64,000 nucleotides of DNA from Heterodontus francisci (lineage: Eukaryota). Shown in pieces: positions 50,330 to 63,500 of the stretch; position 1 is the first letter of the stretch; every line of letters begins with the position of its first letter. The notes below the pieces were generated by a model. That model saw only the letters and a list, made by a program, of their open reading frames with translations, ran no database searches and was not told where the DNA came from. Location: assembly GCF_036365525.1 (NCBI RefSeq), contig NC_090373.1, positions 130,581,962-130,645,961 on the forward strand. The letters run 5' to 3'. Made by a program: the position numbers and the translations under genes.

Positions 50330-51622
50330 ATTCCTAAATGAAAACTAACTTCAGTTGTTGCTATCTACACAAAGCACTTTACAACTAATAGATTACTTTT
50401 GAAGGAGTATCACTGTTGTTATGTAAGCAAATACAGCAGGCAATTTACACCTGCAAGATCCCACAAGTATAGATCCTACAAGAGCGTAACTCCACAAGAG
50501 AGAGCCATGTAGAAGGAATACACTTCAAATAAATGCTTAAGTGCTACAAAAACAGCCAGTCCAATTCCTAAAATGAAGATCATAAAACCAATACAGAGTG
50601 CATGGAAATTAGTTGGATGAACAAATAATCTGTTCCTGGTGTTGGTTGAGGGCGAAGTGCTGGCCAGGATGCTGGGAGAACTGCCTGCTCCTCTTCAAGT
50701 AGTGACCTTTCAAGTAGGCTCAATTATGCCCACCTGTGCATTTTGGGTCTCGGCCTCACAACTAATTCAAAAGACAGCGGGCTGAATTTTACGACGGGTC
50801 GGATGGTGGCGTTTGGCCAGATGGGGGCGGCGTAAAATTGAACGGGAGCCTCCGGGAGGCCTTCCCGCCCCGCTCCCACCTCCGGCCAACTTTACAGGGG
50901 TCAGCCGGGGTGGGGGGGCGGGGGGTGGAAATGGCCTGCCCACCCACCTTAGGCCAATCGAGGCTCTTAAGTGGCCACTTAACGGCCATTTTAGGGCATA
51001 TTTTAACCATGGCAAGTGAACGTGCTGGGTTCGTGAAAGGCCGCCCAGTGATAGCTGCCGGCCTTTCCGCGCGCTGGAGTGGGGGTTGCCATGGCAGTTG
51101 GCCACAGGGTGCCTGACTGAGGACCGCCCCGCCTCCCAACCCACCCCCGGGACCCAAGATGCCTCCCCCTCCCCCCAAACAACTACCCTTGCCTCGCCAC
51201 CACGACTGACCATCCCTACCGGCGAGGCAAGCCCAATGTAGCTGAGGTCCTGGCTCCATGGCATCGGCTGGGCTGCAGTCCCAGCAGTGGCCACTGCTTC
51301 CGATGGTGCTGTTGGGACTAAGAGCTGCTGGCCCGCTGATTGGTCGGCAGATTTCTGAGGCGGGACCTCCTCTCTCAAGTAGCTGGAAGTCCCGCCTCTG
51401 GACAATTAAAGCCTGGGCTAGGCGGAAGTGGGTTCACCACCGACTTTTACGTCCCATCCGCCTATGGTAAAATCCAGCCCAGCACCTTTGATGATGCAGC
51501 ACTTCTTCAGTGCTATATTGAAGTGGTAGCTTAGATTAGGTGCTCAAGTTTGTAGTGGGGGCTTGAACCCACTATCTTCTGACATAAAAGAAATAAAACT
51601 ACCAATTGAGCCAAACTGACAC
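50330..51622 (-). mobile_element. DeuSINE (SacSINE1-like) split by a MITE
   Basis: Minus-strand tRNA head TGGCTCAATTGG...GGTTCAAGCCC at 51565-51615; Deu-like core and tail at 50330-50775. Confidence 0.65.
50779..51480. mobile_element. Harbinger-type MITE
   Basis: TIRs GGGCTGAATTTTAC / GTAAAATCCAGCCC; exact 3-bp TSD AGC/AGC. Confidence 0.9.
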
Positions 51623-54600
51623 TTACTTACAGAGCCTCAAGTGCTATTACTTTCATGAAGCTGCTGTGAATATTTAGCTCTGTTGTTCCACACAAATATT
51701 AGGATATATTGCAAAATTTGGCTAGAGTTGTCTTTTGAAAAGGGAGACAGGCAGTTTTTAGCAGTTGTCACTGTCAAGTGCCTGAATATAATAGTAATTA
51801 TAGAGACAGAATTAGAATTAGCATTCCATTGGATAATCTTTGTGCCACATTGCAAGACATTAATATTGGAGATCATCTCAATTAAGTTATTTCAAACAGT
51901 GGTGGCATAAAAAATGATCTGTTAAAATTATTTTGGTGTCTGCCATTTCAAAGTATACAAGTGTATAATTTGTACCCCAGGTTTGCAAGTCACAAACATT
52001 TCTTGTGAGTTATACAGCGCCCTTTATTGTAACACATTTAATTTTATTGATGCTCTGGCACAGTATGATATTTGTGCTTTGCCTTTACTTCTTGTGATTT
52101 TAATTAGAATTGTTGAGGCAGACTTCTTATTTCATGATGTTAAAGATAAAAGTTCCCACTACAGGCTAAATATCAGTACTTTTCACCCCAGCAAAAATAT
52201 TAACACTTGATCGTACCCATATTATCTCAAATTGTAATGGCACTTGTTTTTAATCCAGCAGTCCCATTGATCTTGTTAAGGAAAAAAACAATTAGTTTTG
52301 ACATATGCGGTCAGGTTATCAATTCATTTTACTTCACTAATCTCCTGTCTTTTTATTCTGCCTACTCTTCTTTCTTTCTTGAATTCTCTCTGCTGTCTCT
52401 TCCTCTTTTCCCCAAAGGTCACCATGGGGTCTGTGTGACTCGTTAATGGAAGAGTACAGCTTGCTAACAGCCCTGTCAGTGCCGTCATACCACAGCCACT
52501 CAGCCCTTACATCAAGGAGCTTTCTCTGTTTCTCTGCCTGCAAAATGACTCTGAGGAGCCAACCCGGATGATATTTTTTTAACAGTGCTCATTTTATTTG
52601 AACTGCGCTCCCCGAGAGTGCTTGGGGCTGCCACGCACTGCTCGCCGCCTACCTGCTCAACTGCGGGGAAACAAGCTTCTGAAGGCTTTAATGGGATTTT
52701 GCCCGAGGCTATTTTATTAAGATGTCGGCTTTCTGCTGCCTATGCAGCTGACACCATTCCCTGTCAGCTGGCCTTCAACAATGCGCTGAATTACTCGCTT
52801 CAATTAACATTCATGGCTTGGTGCAGGGAAATGATGGGGAAAGAGCTTTGCAAGCCAGATGAGCCATGGTTAGAGAGGTTAAAAAGACACCGTTCCGCTT
52901 TGAAAAAAAAAGAGTATTGTTTTCTGTAGAGGCTGCATTTTAAACAGTTTAATTAGAATTGTTTTTCTTCTTTTATCCTATGTTATATATTCTGTTAAAA
53001 CTATCCAACAGGTCAAACACAGATAAGTTGAAGTCAATAGTTTATATGAAAGCTTGTGCAAACAACTATACCTGCATACATTTTAAATTGTATATATAGT
53101 CAATTTTAGATAAAAGGCCCCAAATTTGGCTCCATATAAAATCAGTTTTAGAGTCAGTTTATAATCCTAGATTTTCAAAAAATAATCAAGTGTATTGTTA
53201 ACATAAGTAATCCATGTAGAAAACTTTACAATTGAAGAGGTCAGAGTGAATTTTCGTGCATTTGGATAGGAAATTCAAGAAGTTATCCTTTTTAACAGAA
53301 CCTGCAGATTGACCACATATTGTGTGATCCCTCAGGTTTTAACACTTTGAACTATTCCCTCGACCTTGATTTCCAGAACTCCTCCAAGTCCAGTTATATA
53401 CAGAAGAGTATCCTCTGTGAACATTTTTAAACTGAAAAATTAATAAAATAGTTGCTCAAATTGTAACCACTTTGCAATTATAAGCCTATATTTAAGTCTG
53501 AGCAATAAACCTCCAGGACATTATTAACCTATATTGAGGATTGAGTTGCTATTTTCACTTTTTTACATTGTACAGATTTTTTGTACAATTTGTAAAATGT
53601 CATTTCTTCATGTGTTTCTGTAAAACAGATATACATAAAACAGATACAAATCAATAAAGATTTTGTTTAAATCAACCCAGATTCCATGTACAATAAATGA
53701 CTTTTTTCTAGCCTACATATATTCTGGGAGCTGTTATCTATGTCCTTTCCTTCATTTGCTGTTTGAAAACAACTGCATGTTTTGAAATATATTTTTAGGG
53801 TTTGTGTCCTGTTCCCTTTTTTTCCCCTTTCCATAGCCTCCTCTGCCATCCTTGCTGTCTTCCTTGGTTAGCAGGTTGAAACTCTCCAGCCTGCAAACAT
53901 ATGCTGCTCTTCACTTGACCTGGTAGGAAGTGTGCATGAGTTGTACATTAAGGGATGCTCCTCTGCTTAATTCCCCTTCCCTCCCCCCAGATGAACCAGC
54001 AGACTGGCAAATTGCACTCCAGGGAGAGCCAGAGTGCGAATATCAATCAAGACTGGGATTGGAACTGAGTTCTCCTAGCTGAGAATCCAATGCCCTAGCA
54101 CTGTAACTAGTGGGATGGCATACCAATAAATTATTATTTTAAAAGATTAATGATTTTTCAACATGGTAGGTGATGTCACATAAAAAAGCTCTGCAAGAAA
54201 CACATTGATCAGTAAAATGCTTGAAACTGTTAACAGGTCTACAGACGATTTTTTTCCAACTGTGTTTAAAGTCGAACACATATGGCTTTTTTCTCATATT
54301 TTTGTAATGAAGTTAGTTGCTTTGCACTATAACAATAAAATTGGTTTATTAACTCTTTACTGAAGGGAAGAATACATAATTGGCGAAATGTTTATGATTT
54401 GAAATTGTTTTCTTTAATTATAATACTGCAAGCACCACAAACATGATTAGTGTGGGGAAGGAAAACAGTAAGTATACTGATACACATCATTCTCCAAATT
54501 TCACAGAAATGAGGCTCAATTTTTCTATTTAGAGTGCAGACATTCCAATTTAAGAGAACAAAACTAGTATCCTTGTATCATTGTGCAGTGACAGCATAGC

Positions 54601-57600
54601 TCCTATCAACTGGCCATGTAGTCACGAATTCAGGCACAAATCTCACCTAGGTTACTTCATGGAGCTAAGTAGTTATGTGAAGAAAGAGGAGAGAATTATA
54701 TCAATACAATTCTTTGGAATAGCTTACAATTCTTTGAAATAGCTTACAATTTATTTGCTAAAGCCTAAAACAGTGATGCAGTTCCTTTAAGGATCCAATA
54801 TATCAATGCACACTTTTAAGTTCACCAAAATTTAAGATAAGAATATAAGATACTGAATTATCTCAGATTTTCAGCATTCAGTTTTTTCTTGTTATCCTCC
54901 CAAATTTAAAATGTTTACTGAGATTGTATCCTGTGCTATCAAAAGTACTGAATAAATCAAGAAAAATACATATTGCTTATAATTACTGAAAATTGATCTT
55001 ATGAAATAATGTAATGTGCAGAAAATACTGATATCTGCACAGTCTATTCCTGATAAACAAATAGTCTGTTGGGGAAGTTTACCAAACTCACATATCCAGT
55101 TGAAATCCATGCTTGAAGAAAACATGGGTCAGAGATAAGGCAACAAGCTCCATTCTTTAACCTATTATTCCTCTGAGTATGAGTCTTTACTGGGAGTGTT
55201 GGATTGGTGAATGTACCTTATGAGGAAAAAAAAATCCACTAAAATAGTCTAGAAATTACTGAAAAATAAATATCCAGGACGTTAGATTAACATGGTTTCA
55301 TGAAACAGGGAACAACGAAGCTTGAGAGTTCCAAACAAAATCAGATAGTTGGGTAGCAAAAGTCATCCAAGACCCAAGCATCCACATGGCTGCAGAAGAA
55401 TCTCTGCCAAGCAATAATTACACGGTGAAGCCATCTAACTAAAGAAGCTAATGATTTATTCAGTATAGTAAACAGCTCTAAAATTGCTCACTATTTGGTT
55501 CATCCGTTATAATCCTAAATCATACGGCGAATAAATATTTGACCCTCTAATAAAACTACTTAAAGGCTAATTAAAACATGGCTAATTATCAACATTTCTA
55601 AAATATCAGAACAAGCATTGCTGCCTTATAAAAGAAGTGAAAATACACTTGATCTGAGTGATTTCAGGCCTAATTTGTTTTCTATATCTAAAATGCTAGA
55701 GAGGGTGACACTTGTTACGAGCGACCACAATTCTGACTGTGGTGGGGAAAACGCACTGTTAATTCAATCCCATCCCTCCACAGATCACCTAACATATCAT
55801 TTTAAACTTTCCAAATTAAAGAAAGACCCAGCCAAATTGTACCATCTATTAACTCCCGAATGAGGCTAACCAAACCAGGTGTCTTTAAATCAACAAATTA
55901 ACTGTTTAATTAGAAAATCTAGATTTTCAAACACTACTCAGACATAAACAACATTTAAAATAGAAAAAAATTAGAGTCCTTGCAAATTTACAGTCCAATG
56001 TTGCTTGAAGTCCTCAGAGTCGTCCGATGAGAAAAAAAGGATCTTCAACAATCAGTGGGCCGAAGGGCCTGTTTCAGTGCTGTATCCCTAAATGAATAAA
56101 TAAATAAATAAACAGTAGAACAGTCCGTAGTCTAATTCCAGCAGTAAGTGCTGCTTTCCTTCTCCAGTGATGAATTTCAACAATTAATGACTTGCAAACA
56201 CTTTTTAAATGAATCAATTTGGCTTTAGAATTTTGAGGCTTAAAAATATAATCACAGTTTAAATTCTTCCTTCAGTTTAACTTATCAGAGATCTCGCCTT
56301 TCAGGTGCTAACACACAGCTGTCTGTCTGTGTCCTCTGTTAGAACAGGCTGTTTGCACTATAAGCCAGTTCAAAATTAAATTGTAATAAATGTATCTCTT
56401 GATACTCAGTCTGAGTGGCTGTATCCAAGGCAACAAGGATGCATTCTTTGAATCGCAGTCTCCAAATGGCCGTATCCAAGGCACCTTCTCGGTAACTCCT
56501 GAGGCCTGCTTGTTCTTAGAGCAATACTGATCCTTTGCTGTCTTAAAGACACACCACATATTTCCTGGAGACAGAAAAAAAAACAGGATCATGATACACT
56601 CAAAAGCTTCATTAACATCCAGAGGCAAATGTCTTGTTATATGTCAGCTAATATGACTCTTATAGTGCAAGCACACTAAATATTCTTCATGGCTCTCATT
56701 ATCATTTCAAAAATCTTTTACTCAATTTTAATCATTGTTTAATATTTAAGTTGATTTCAGTCAAGAACATTTACTCTATCTATTCATCCACACACATACA
56801 TTACTGTAACCTTGCCTTCAGGCTAAGTCAGGTAAATGATTGTAAAAAAAACCCTCGAATAAGTGTAACACATGTAATAAGTAAACTGTTTTCATGTGTG
56901 GAAAACCTATTCAAACATTTAAGAAAATAAATTAAGATACACTACAATAAACTGAATTTTTCAGAAGCAGCCACTCAACTGTAATTGCCTATGAAGTGCA
57001 AGATGCAATTTTCATTTTCAAACGTTTTATGTACGATATAATGACTTCTCAAACATAAACCATCTTGTGACATAGCAAATTTTGTATCTTTGTTTTGACA
57101 GCAACTTTGAATCATGATTACTGCAGAAGGCATAGAAGACATAATCCTGATTGGCTGGAACAGGAAGCTGGAGTTGGCACTAGCGGTACACTTTAGTCTC
57201 ATTTATATAAAATAGGATTTTGCCACTAGAGAAATAAATTTTCCAAAACCTTCAACTATATTTAAGCTATAGGAGGGAGAAATGGACACTACACGTGCTG
57301 TCAGTTGAAATTGATATCATTTTACATATGTATATGTATATTTCATCTGGAAGATTCAGGGTTAACACTTCTTGCCAATGTTCTTTGTATTGAGATCAAG
57401 AAAACCCAACTCCAGACCAACATATCTGTAACAGTTTTCTTTGCATTTCACACTCATATTTTTGACCTCTGTACTAATTAGTCCCACACAATTGACCCAT
57501 TGTAACTGTTGGGCCAATAATATCCAAAACCAATTGGTGCAATAAGCTGTTTCATTCTTCAATCAGAGGACTGGATTGGGGTTTTAACTCCTAAAATTAT

Positions 57601-58179
57601 ACAATTTGTTCTGTATTTTTCTGGTTTTCTTTTTCTATGTCTCTCATTTCTGTTTAGGATTTAACCTGGGTCACTTCCACTCTCTTTCATCTCCAGGGAC
57701 CCTTCTGCAATACCAGTAACAATTCTTCCAGGCTGATTTGCGATGCTAAAGTCGCAGTATAGTTCATGTTATACTGTGAGTAATGAGAATATGTCAAATT
57801 TGATAATTATATGTTAACTCAGCTGGTAGACCTTGCTGCTGAAAACACCTAACAAATAATTTATGTCACATTGCATTCACCCTTATGAGGCCTACTTAAT
57901 ATTTGTTAGATTAACTTGCTATTGATACAATCACTAAATAATAATTAAGGCATGAAACATTTGCATTACAGGGTACCTACAGTGTTTAGACTGTAAGATT
58001 AGGTTTAGGATTTTCAAGGAAAAAGAAATCATATGCTGGTTTTGTTGGTTTCCTTATTCAAAGTAATGCAAAAATTCTTCATTTTATTTTATAAAAGCAC
58101 AATTTTCCCTTGGGTGAGTAGTAATAAGTCTGCTGGTTAGTATTTATATATATTTTTTATTTTATTTTTACTCATCAAA

Positions 58180-60400
58180 GCAAAGAATGACTAAAAGATT
58201 AATAAGGAGGGAAAAATTAGAGTACAAGAGAAAGCTTGCTAGAAATGTAAAAACAGATAGTAAGGGTTTCTACAGGTAGTTTAAAAAGAAAATAGTTAGC
58301 AAAGTGAGCATTGGTCCTATAGAATGTGAGTCTGGGGAATTAATAATGGAAAATAATGAGATGGCAGATGAATTGAACAGGTATTTTGCATCAATCTTCA
58401 CTGTAGAGGATACAAATAACATCCCAGAAATAGCTGTAAGTCAGGTTGTGGAAGGGAGGGAAGAACTCAAGAAAATTACATTCACCAGGGAAGTGGTACT
58501 GAGCAAATTGTTGTAGCTGTGGGCTGACAAGTCCCTGGGTCCTGATGGACTTCATCCTTGGGTCTTAAAAGAAGTGGCGAGTGAGATAGTTGATATGTTG
58601 GTTTTAATTTTCCAAAAGTCCCTAGATTCGGGGAAAGTTCCATTATTTGGAAAATAGCAAATGTAACTCCTTTATTCAAAAAGGGAGGGAGATAGAAAGC
58701 AGGAAACTACAAGTTGTTAGATCCCATTAGTTGCACAAAGAGAGATGAGGTCCGACTGTAGCTTTAAGAAACTTTATTGCAGTACTTCTTGGTTACATCA
58801 TCAGCAAAGCAAATTACAACAACACCTTTGCCTCCACCTTTCTCCTCCGTGGTGGTGCAAGGAAATCAAGCCTTTCTTATAGTTCTTCATACACATCAGT
58901 GACACCCCCTTTAAGTTCCCAATTGGTTTATAAACTCTGCAGTTTCTTGGTGTCAGGGCCTGATTGGGGTCCTGCCATGTCAATGTGTTTTTAACTTCTT
59001 ATTTCATTTTCTCATGGCTCTTATCTGTTTTTGAACTGTAGTACAATATAGGCTTTTATGAAGCTGCTTACAGCTGTCCTGTGAATCTTGCTTGCTAGTC
59101 TACTCCTTCTTCTCCTACTGATAAGCTGTCCCTACAGCACTGAAAGAGCTACTATAAATTTCTGATAAGCTGTCTCTGCAACTCCGAAGCTAACTTGTTA
59201 GCAATACATGATTGATTAATTATTTCATCTTAAATGTCCCCATAAAATTCTGTTCTCGAAAATTCTGTTCTCACAGGCCAGTTAGCTTAACATATGTCAT
59301 AGGGAGAATTTTAGAAGCTATTATTAAAGACGTTGTAGCCGGGCATTTAGAAAAATTCAAGGTAATCAGGCAGAGTCTACATAGTTTTGTGAAAAGGAAA
59401 TCATGTTGAATCAATTTATTGGAGTTCTTTGAAGAAGTAATATGTACTGTGGATAAAGGGAAACTAGTGGATGTACTATACTTAGATTTCCAGATGGCAT
59501 TTGATAAGGTGCCACATCAAAGGTGATTGTGGAAAATAAAAGCTCATGGTGTAGGGGGTAACATATTGGCATGGATAGAAGATTGGCTAGCTAACAGGAA
59601 ACAGAGAGTAGGCATAAATGTGTTGTTTTCTGGTTGGCAAAATGTAACGAGTGGTGTGCCACAGGGATCAGTGTGGGAGCCTCAATTTTTTACAATTCAT
59701 ATAAATGACTTGGATGAAGGGACCGAAGGTATGGTTGCTAAATTTGCTGATGACACAAAGATAAGTTGTGAAGAAGACATAAGGGGGATACAAAGGGATA
59801 TAGATAGGTTAAGTGATTTAGCAAAGATCTGGCAAATGGAGTATTATGTAGGAAAATGTGAAATTGTCCATTTTGGCGGGAAAAATAAAAAAGAGACATA
59901 TCTAAATGATGAGAGATTGCAAAGCTCTGAGATGCAGAGGAATCTGGGTGTCCTAGTGCATGAATCGCAAAATGTTAGTATGCAGCTTCAGGAAGTAATT
60001 AGGAAAGCTAGTAGAATGTTATTGTTTATTTTGAGGGGAATTGAATACAAAAGTAGGGAGGTTATGCTTCAGTTATACAGGGCATTGGTGAGACCACATC
60101 TGGATTACTGTGTCCAGTATTGGTCTCCTTATTTAGGGAAGAATTTAAATGCGTTGGAAGCAGTTCTGGGAAGGTTTACTAGACTAATACCTGGAATGGG
60201 CGGGTTGTCTTTTGAGGAAAGGTTGGACAGGCTTGGCTTGTATCTGCTGGAGTTTGGAAGAGTAAGAGGTGACTTGATTGAAATATAGAAGATCCTGAGG
60301 GTTCTTGACAGGGTGAATGTGGAAAGGATGTTTCCCCTTGTGGGAGAATCTAGAACTAGGGGTCACTGTTTAAAAATAAGGGGCCTACTCCTGCTCCTAT
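58180..60400 (+). mobile_element. CR1 LINE, 5'-truncated and decayed, with a nested LTR
   Basis: WIEDWLANRKQRV...SGVPQGSV...INDLD...KFADDTK...LVRPHLDYCVQYWSP. Confidence 0.92.
58715..59273 (-). mobile_element. Solo LTR of a distinct family
   Basis: TG...CA termini; degenerate 5-bp TSD CAAGT/CAGGC; minus-strand CCAAT, TATAAG and AATAAA in LTR order; splits the CR1 NYRPVSL codons. Confidence 0.7.
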
Positions 60401-61494
60401 GTGCCACTTAAACTCATTTGCATATCGCTGAACACAAAATCTGTCATGAACTAGTGTAATCGGGCAGCATTGTAAAATGTAACTTTTAAAAAATTGCTTT
60501 AAAAATATTCCTTGGTATGTTTAAGAGTGTAACTTGGTAGAATTTGATTAATACAGCTGAAAATGTGTTTATCACAAAGGAAAGCATTTTTAATCTCAGT
60601 GTCAATCCACCACCAATGAGTAACTCAATTTTAAATTACTGAAAATGATTTTCAGTAGTCAGTGCCTTAGTAAATTAAAAAAAAATTGATCTGAAACCTT
60701 TCAAAACATACCTATTAATGTCCTTGCGCACAAAGGTTCCAGCTTCATTTTTAGAGCCTCCCCAAAGGCCTACAAATGAACTCAATTTGCAAAAATTCTC
60801 AATGATAATTGATTCACCCTGGGGGTATGGTCAGTTGTGTGGGTGGGGGTTGCTTCTAGCGCAATGCTTTTTAAATTACTGCTAAACATTTTGCTGAACG
60901 CAGGTTATGCCTAAAGTTCTGTGAACTTTTGCGCCGGTTACACTGATACCAGGCGAATTGCACTGTAAAATCAGCACAATCAAGCAAAAACTCCACTCCA
61001 GCATATTACATTTTTATGTAATTTGGTTCAAAATTTAAATTGACTATTCTGGAAGAATGAAATATAACAGGACACATCGAATCAAAGCATGCTAGGAATG
61101 TAAATAAAGTAAAAATTAGGAATAAAGTTTCCACTTATTTACGCTAGTAGTATCAGTGCAATTCATCATGCAGAATCGGATGAATCACAGAAAAATTGTG
61201 GAATTCAGAATAGAAATGAATTATACGCCAAACCACTTACATTCTTGTTTTCTGCAATCTTTTACACTTGTTCAAGACTCAATCCATCCAAACCAGGCTC
61301 CACCCACAAAACTGGCCCAAACATGCCCCAAATCAAAATGGAGATTCTGTCGATTGTGCTGGTTTGGGAGGACTTTTCGAATTGCACTTATTTTCTTAGC
61401 GCACAGGCACCAAGAAACGCATATTAAAAGTTTCTTCATATCATAAAATATTTAATTTACTAAGAAACTGTCTAGTGTACACCAATTTAACTAT

Positions 61495-61852
61495 TAGAAA
61501 CCATAGAAACATTACGGCACAGAAGGAGGCCATTCAGCCCATTGTGTCCATGCCGGCCGAACAGACTAGCCGCCCAATAAAATCCCATTTCCAGCATCTG
61601 GTCCATAGCCATGTGGTTACAGCACGTCTGATGCATGGTCCAGGTACCTTTTAAAAGAATTGAGGGTTTCTGCCTCCACCAACATTCCTGGCAGTGAATT
61701 CCAGACACCCACCACCCTCTGGGTGAAAATGCTTTTCCTCATGTCCCCTCTAATCCTTCTCCCAATCACCTTAAATCTGTGCCCCCTAGTAATTGACCCC
61801 TCCACTCGGGGAAACAGGTTCTTCCTGTCTACTCTATCTAGGCCCCTCATAA
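61495..61852 (-). mobile_element. CR1 LINE 3' fragment
   Basis: MRGLDRVDRKNLFP...FTQRVVGVWNSLP. Confidence 0.88.
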
Positions 61853-61854
61853 TT

Positions 61855-63500
61855 CCAGATTGTTACCCACAGACGAATGAGTAAAATTGGAAGTGGGAAA
61901 AGAGCTTTAATTTATAAGTTGGTTTCCCTGATCACTCCTCACAAATCCGAAAAGGACAAAGGGTGTTAGAAGTCCAGGCAGTCCTGGAAGAGAAAGGAAA
62001 GCAGGAGACACAGGGCGCCCTCCTTCAACCAAAAAGGAAGGTTCTGTGAGCAAGAGTGAGACCTGGAGACCTGTGCGCTTCCATTATAATAAAGCAGGGC
62101 ATTCAAAAGCTGACTGCTGGAAACTAAAGGGGAAACCAGTAGGGTTAATCAGGGCACACCCGCTCAGTGCAGACGGGATCCTGATGGAAAACACAGAACA
62201 AGCTGTGGCTTTAACTGCAGTAAGAGTGCAACCCAGGAAGCTAACTACGAGCAGTGAAGGAAAAGTTAATAGGATTCCTGAAGGTTATCAGGGTTTTGTA
62301 TTTGAAGGGAAAGTAACCCCATATCCCTCGAGTGGGACAAGTAAGCCTATAGTGATTCTCAGGGACACAGGGGCCACTAGATCCCTTTTACTGGGAAAAG
62401 GCCTGACCTTTCCCGCAGAGAGTGCAGTGAACACCAAAATGGTGGTGAATGGTATTGGAGGGCAGTATGCCTGTACTGGTATACTGGGTGCACCTGTATT
62501 GCGACCTAGTTTCAGGACCAGGACTAGGGATTGTCCCTAGTTTGCCTGTGGATGGGATTGACCTGCTCCTAGGTAATGATCTGGCAGGGGTGAGATGGTA
62601 ACCCCTCCCCAAGTAGTGAAAGAAAGACTACAGGAGGTCAGAGAGACAGGGCCTTGGCAGGGGATTGTGTAGTGGATCAGGCCACGATCAAACCAGCTCC
62701 CCCAGAGGAGGCACTGCAAGCAAATGACCATGAGGTTTGCCTGTCAGAGATTTTCTTTGGAAAGTTAGGAGACCCAGGGAATGAATTAAATGGATTTTCC
62801 CTAGGTGGGGCTCAGCGAGCTGAACCAGTATTAGGAGAGTTAGCACAGGCTGCCCAGTCTGAAAGTGAAGCAGAGGGAGTCCCTGATTGCTACTATTTAA
62901 AGAATGAGATACCGATGAGGAAATGGAGTTCTCCTCACAGATCTGAGAGCAAGTAGCAGACATTAGTTCACCAGTTAGTGGTGCTGCAGAGGTACCGGAG
63001 AGAAATACTAAGAAGGGCCTATGAGACTACAGTGGCTGTACATGCTGGTATATAAAAGACCAAAGCCCGCATAAGACAGCAGTTTGACTGGCCAAAACTC
63101 CACAAAGATGTGGTGGAGTATTGCAGGAACTGCCACACGTGCCAGGTAGAGGGGAAACCCCAACCTACAGTGAAACATGCAACCATAAGTCCTGGAATAA
63201 AACCAAGAAATGCTGGAACCACTCAGCAGGTCTGGCAGCATCTGTGGAAAGAGAAGCAGAGCTAACGTTTCGAGTCAGTGACCCTTCTTCGGAACTGACC
63301 CGAAATGTTAACTCTGCTTCTCTTTCCACAGATGCTGCCAGACCTGCTGAGTGGTTCCAGCATTTCTTGTTTTTATTTCAGATTTCCAGCATCCGCAGTA
63401 TTTTGCTTTTATTTTAGCCCATAAGTCCTGGACAGGTGTTAGGAGAACCCTCCAGCAGAGGGCTGGTGAACTGTAAGGGACCCCCACTGAGAACAAAAGG
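61855..63500 (+). mobile_element. Gmr1-like Ty3/Gypsy internal region (gag knuckle, protease, integrase N-terminus), decayed
   Basis: FHYNKAGHSKADCWKL (degenerate CCHC), ILRDTGATRSLL and DLLLGNDL (protease), then HAGI*KTKARIRQQFDWPKLHKDVVEYCRNCHTCQ (integrase H2C2) with no RT in between. Confidence 0.8.
63197..63418. mobile_element. Miniature fold-back PLE 3'-end element with hammerhead motif
   Basis: Near-perfect inverted arms of the PLE 3' terminus; exact 14-bp TSD CCATAAGTCCTGGA at 63183-63196 and 63419-63432. Confidence 0.92.

Noticed and set aside
50767-51405. Long Pro/Gly/Arg-rich ORFs (also at 25210-25750, 28483-29250 and 44795-45392)
   Set aside because: These are stop-poor artefacts of GC-rich MITEs, open in several frames on both strands.
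55713-56370. Additional LTR starting TGTTACG
   Set aside because: No matching terminus or TSD could be identified; only a V-SINE/CR1-type tail fragment at ~56055-56112 is clear.
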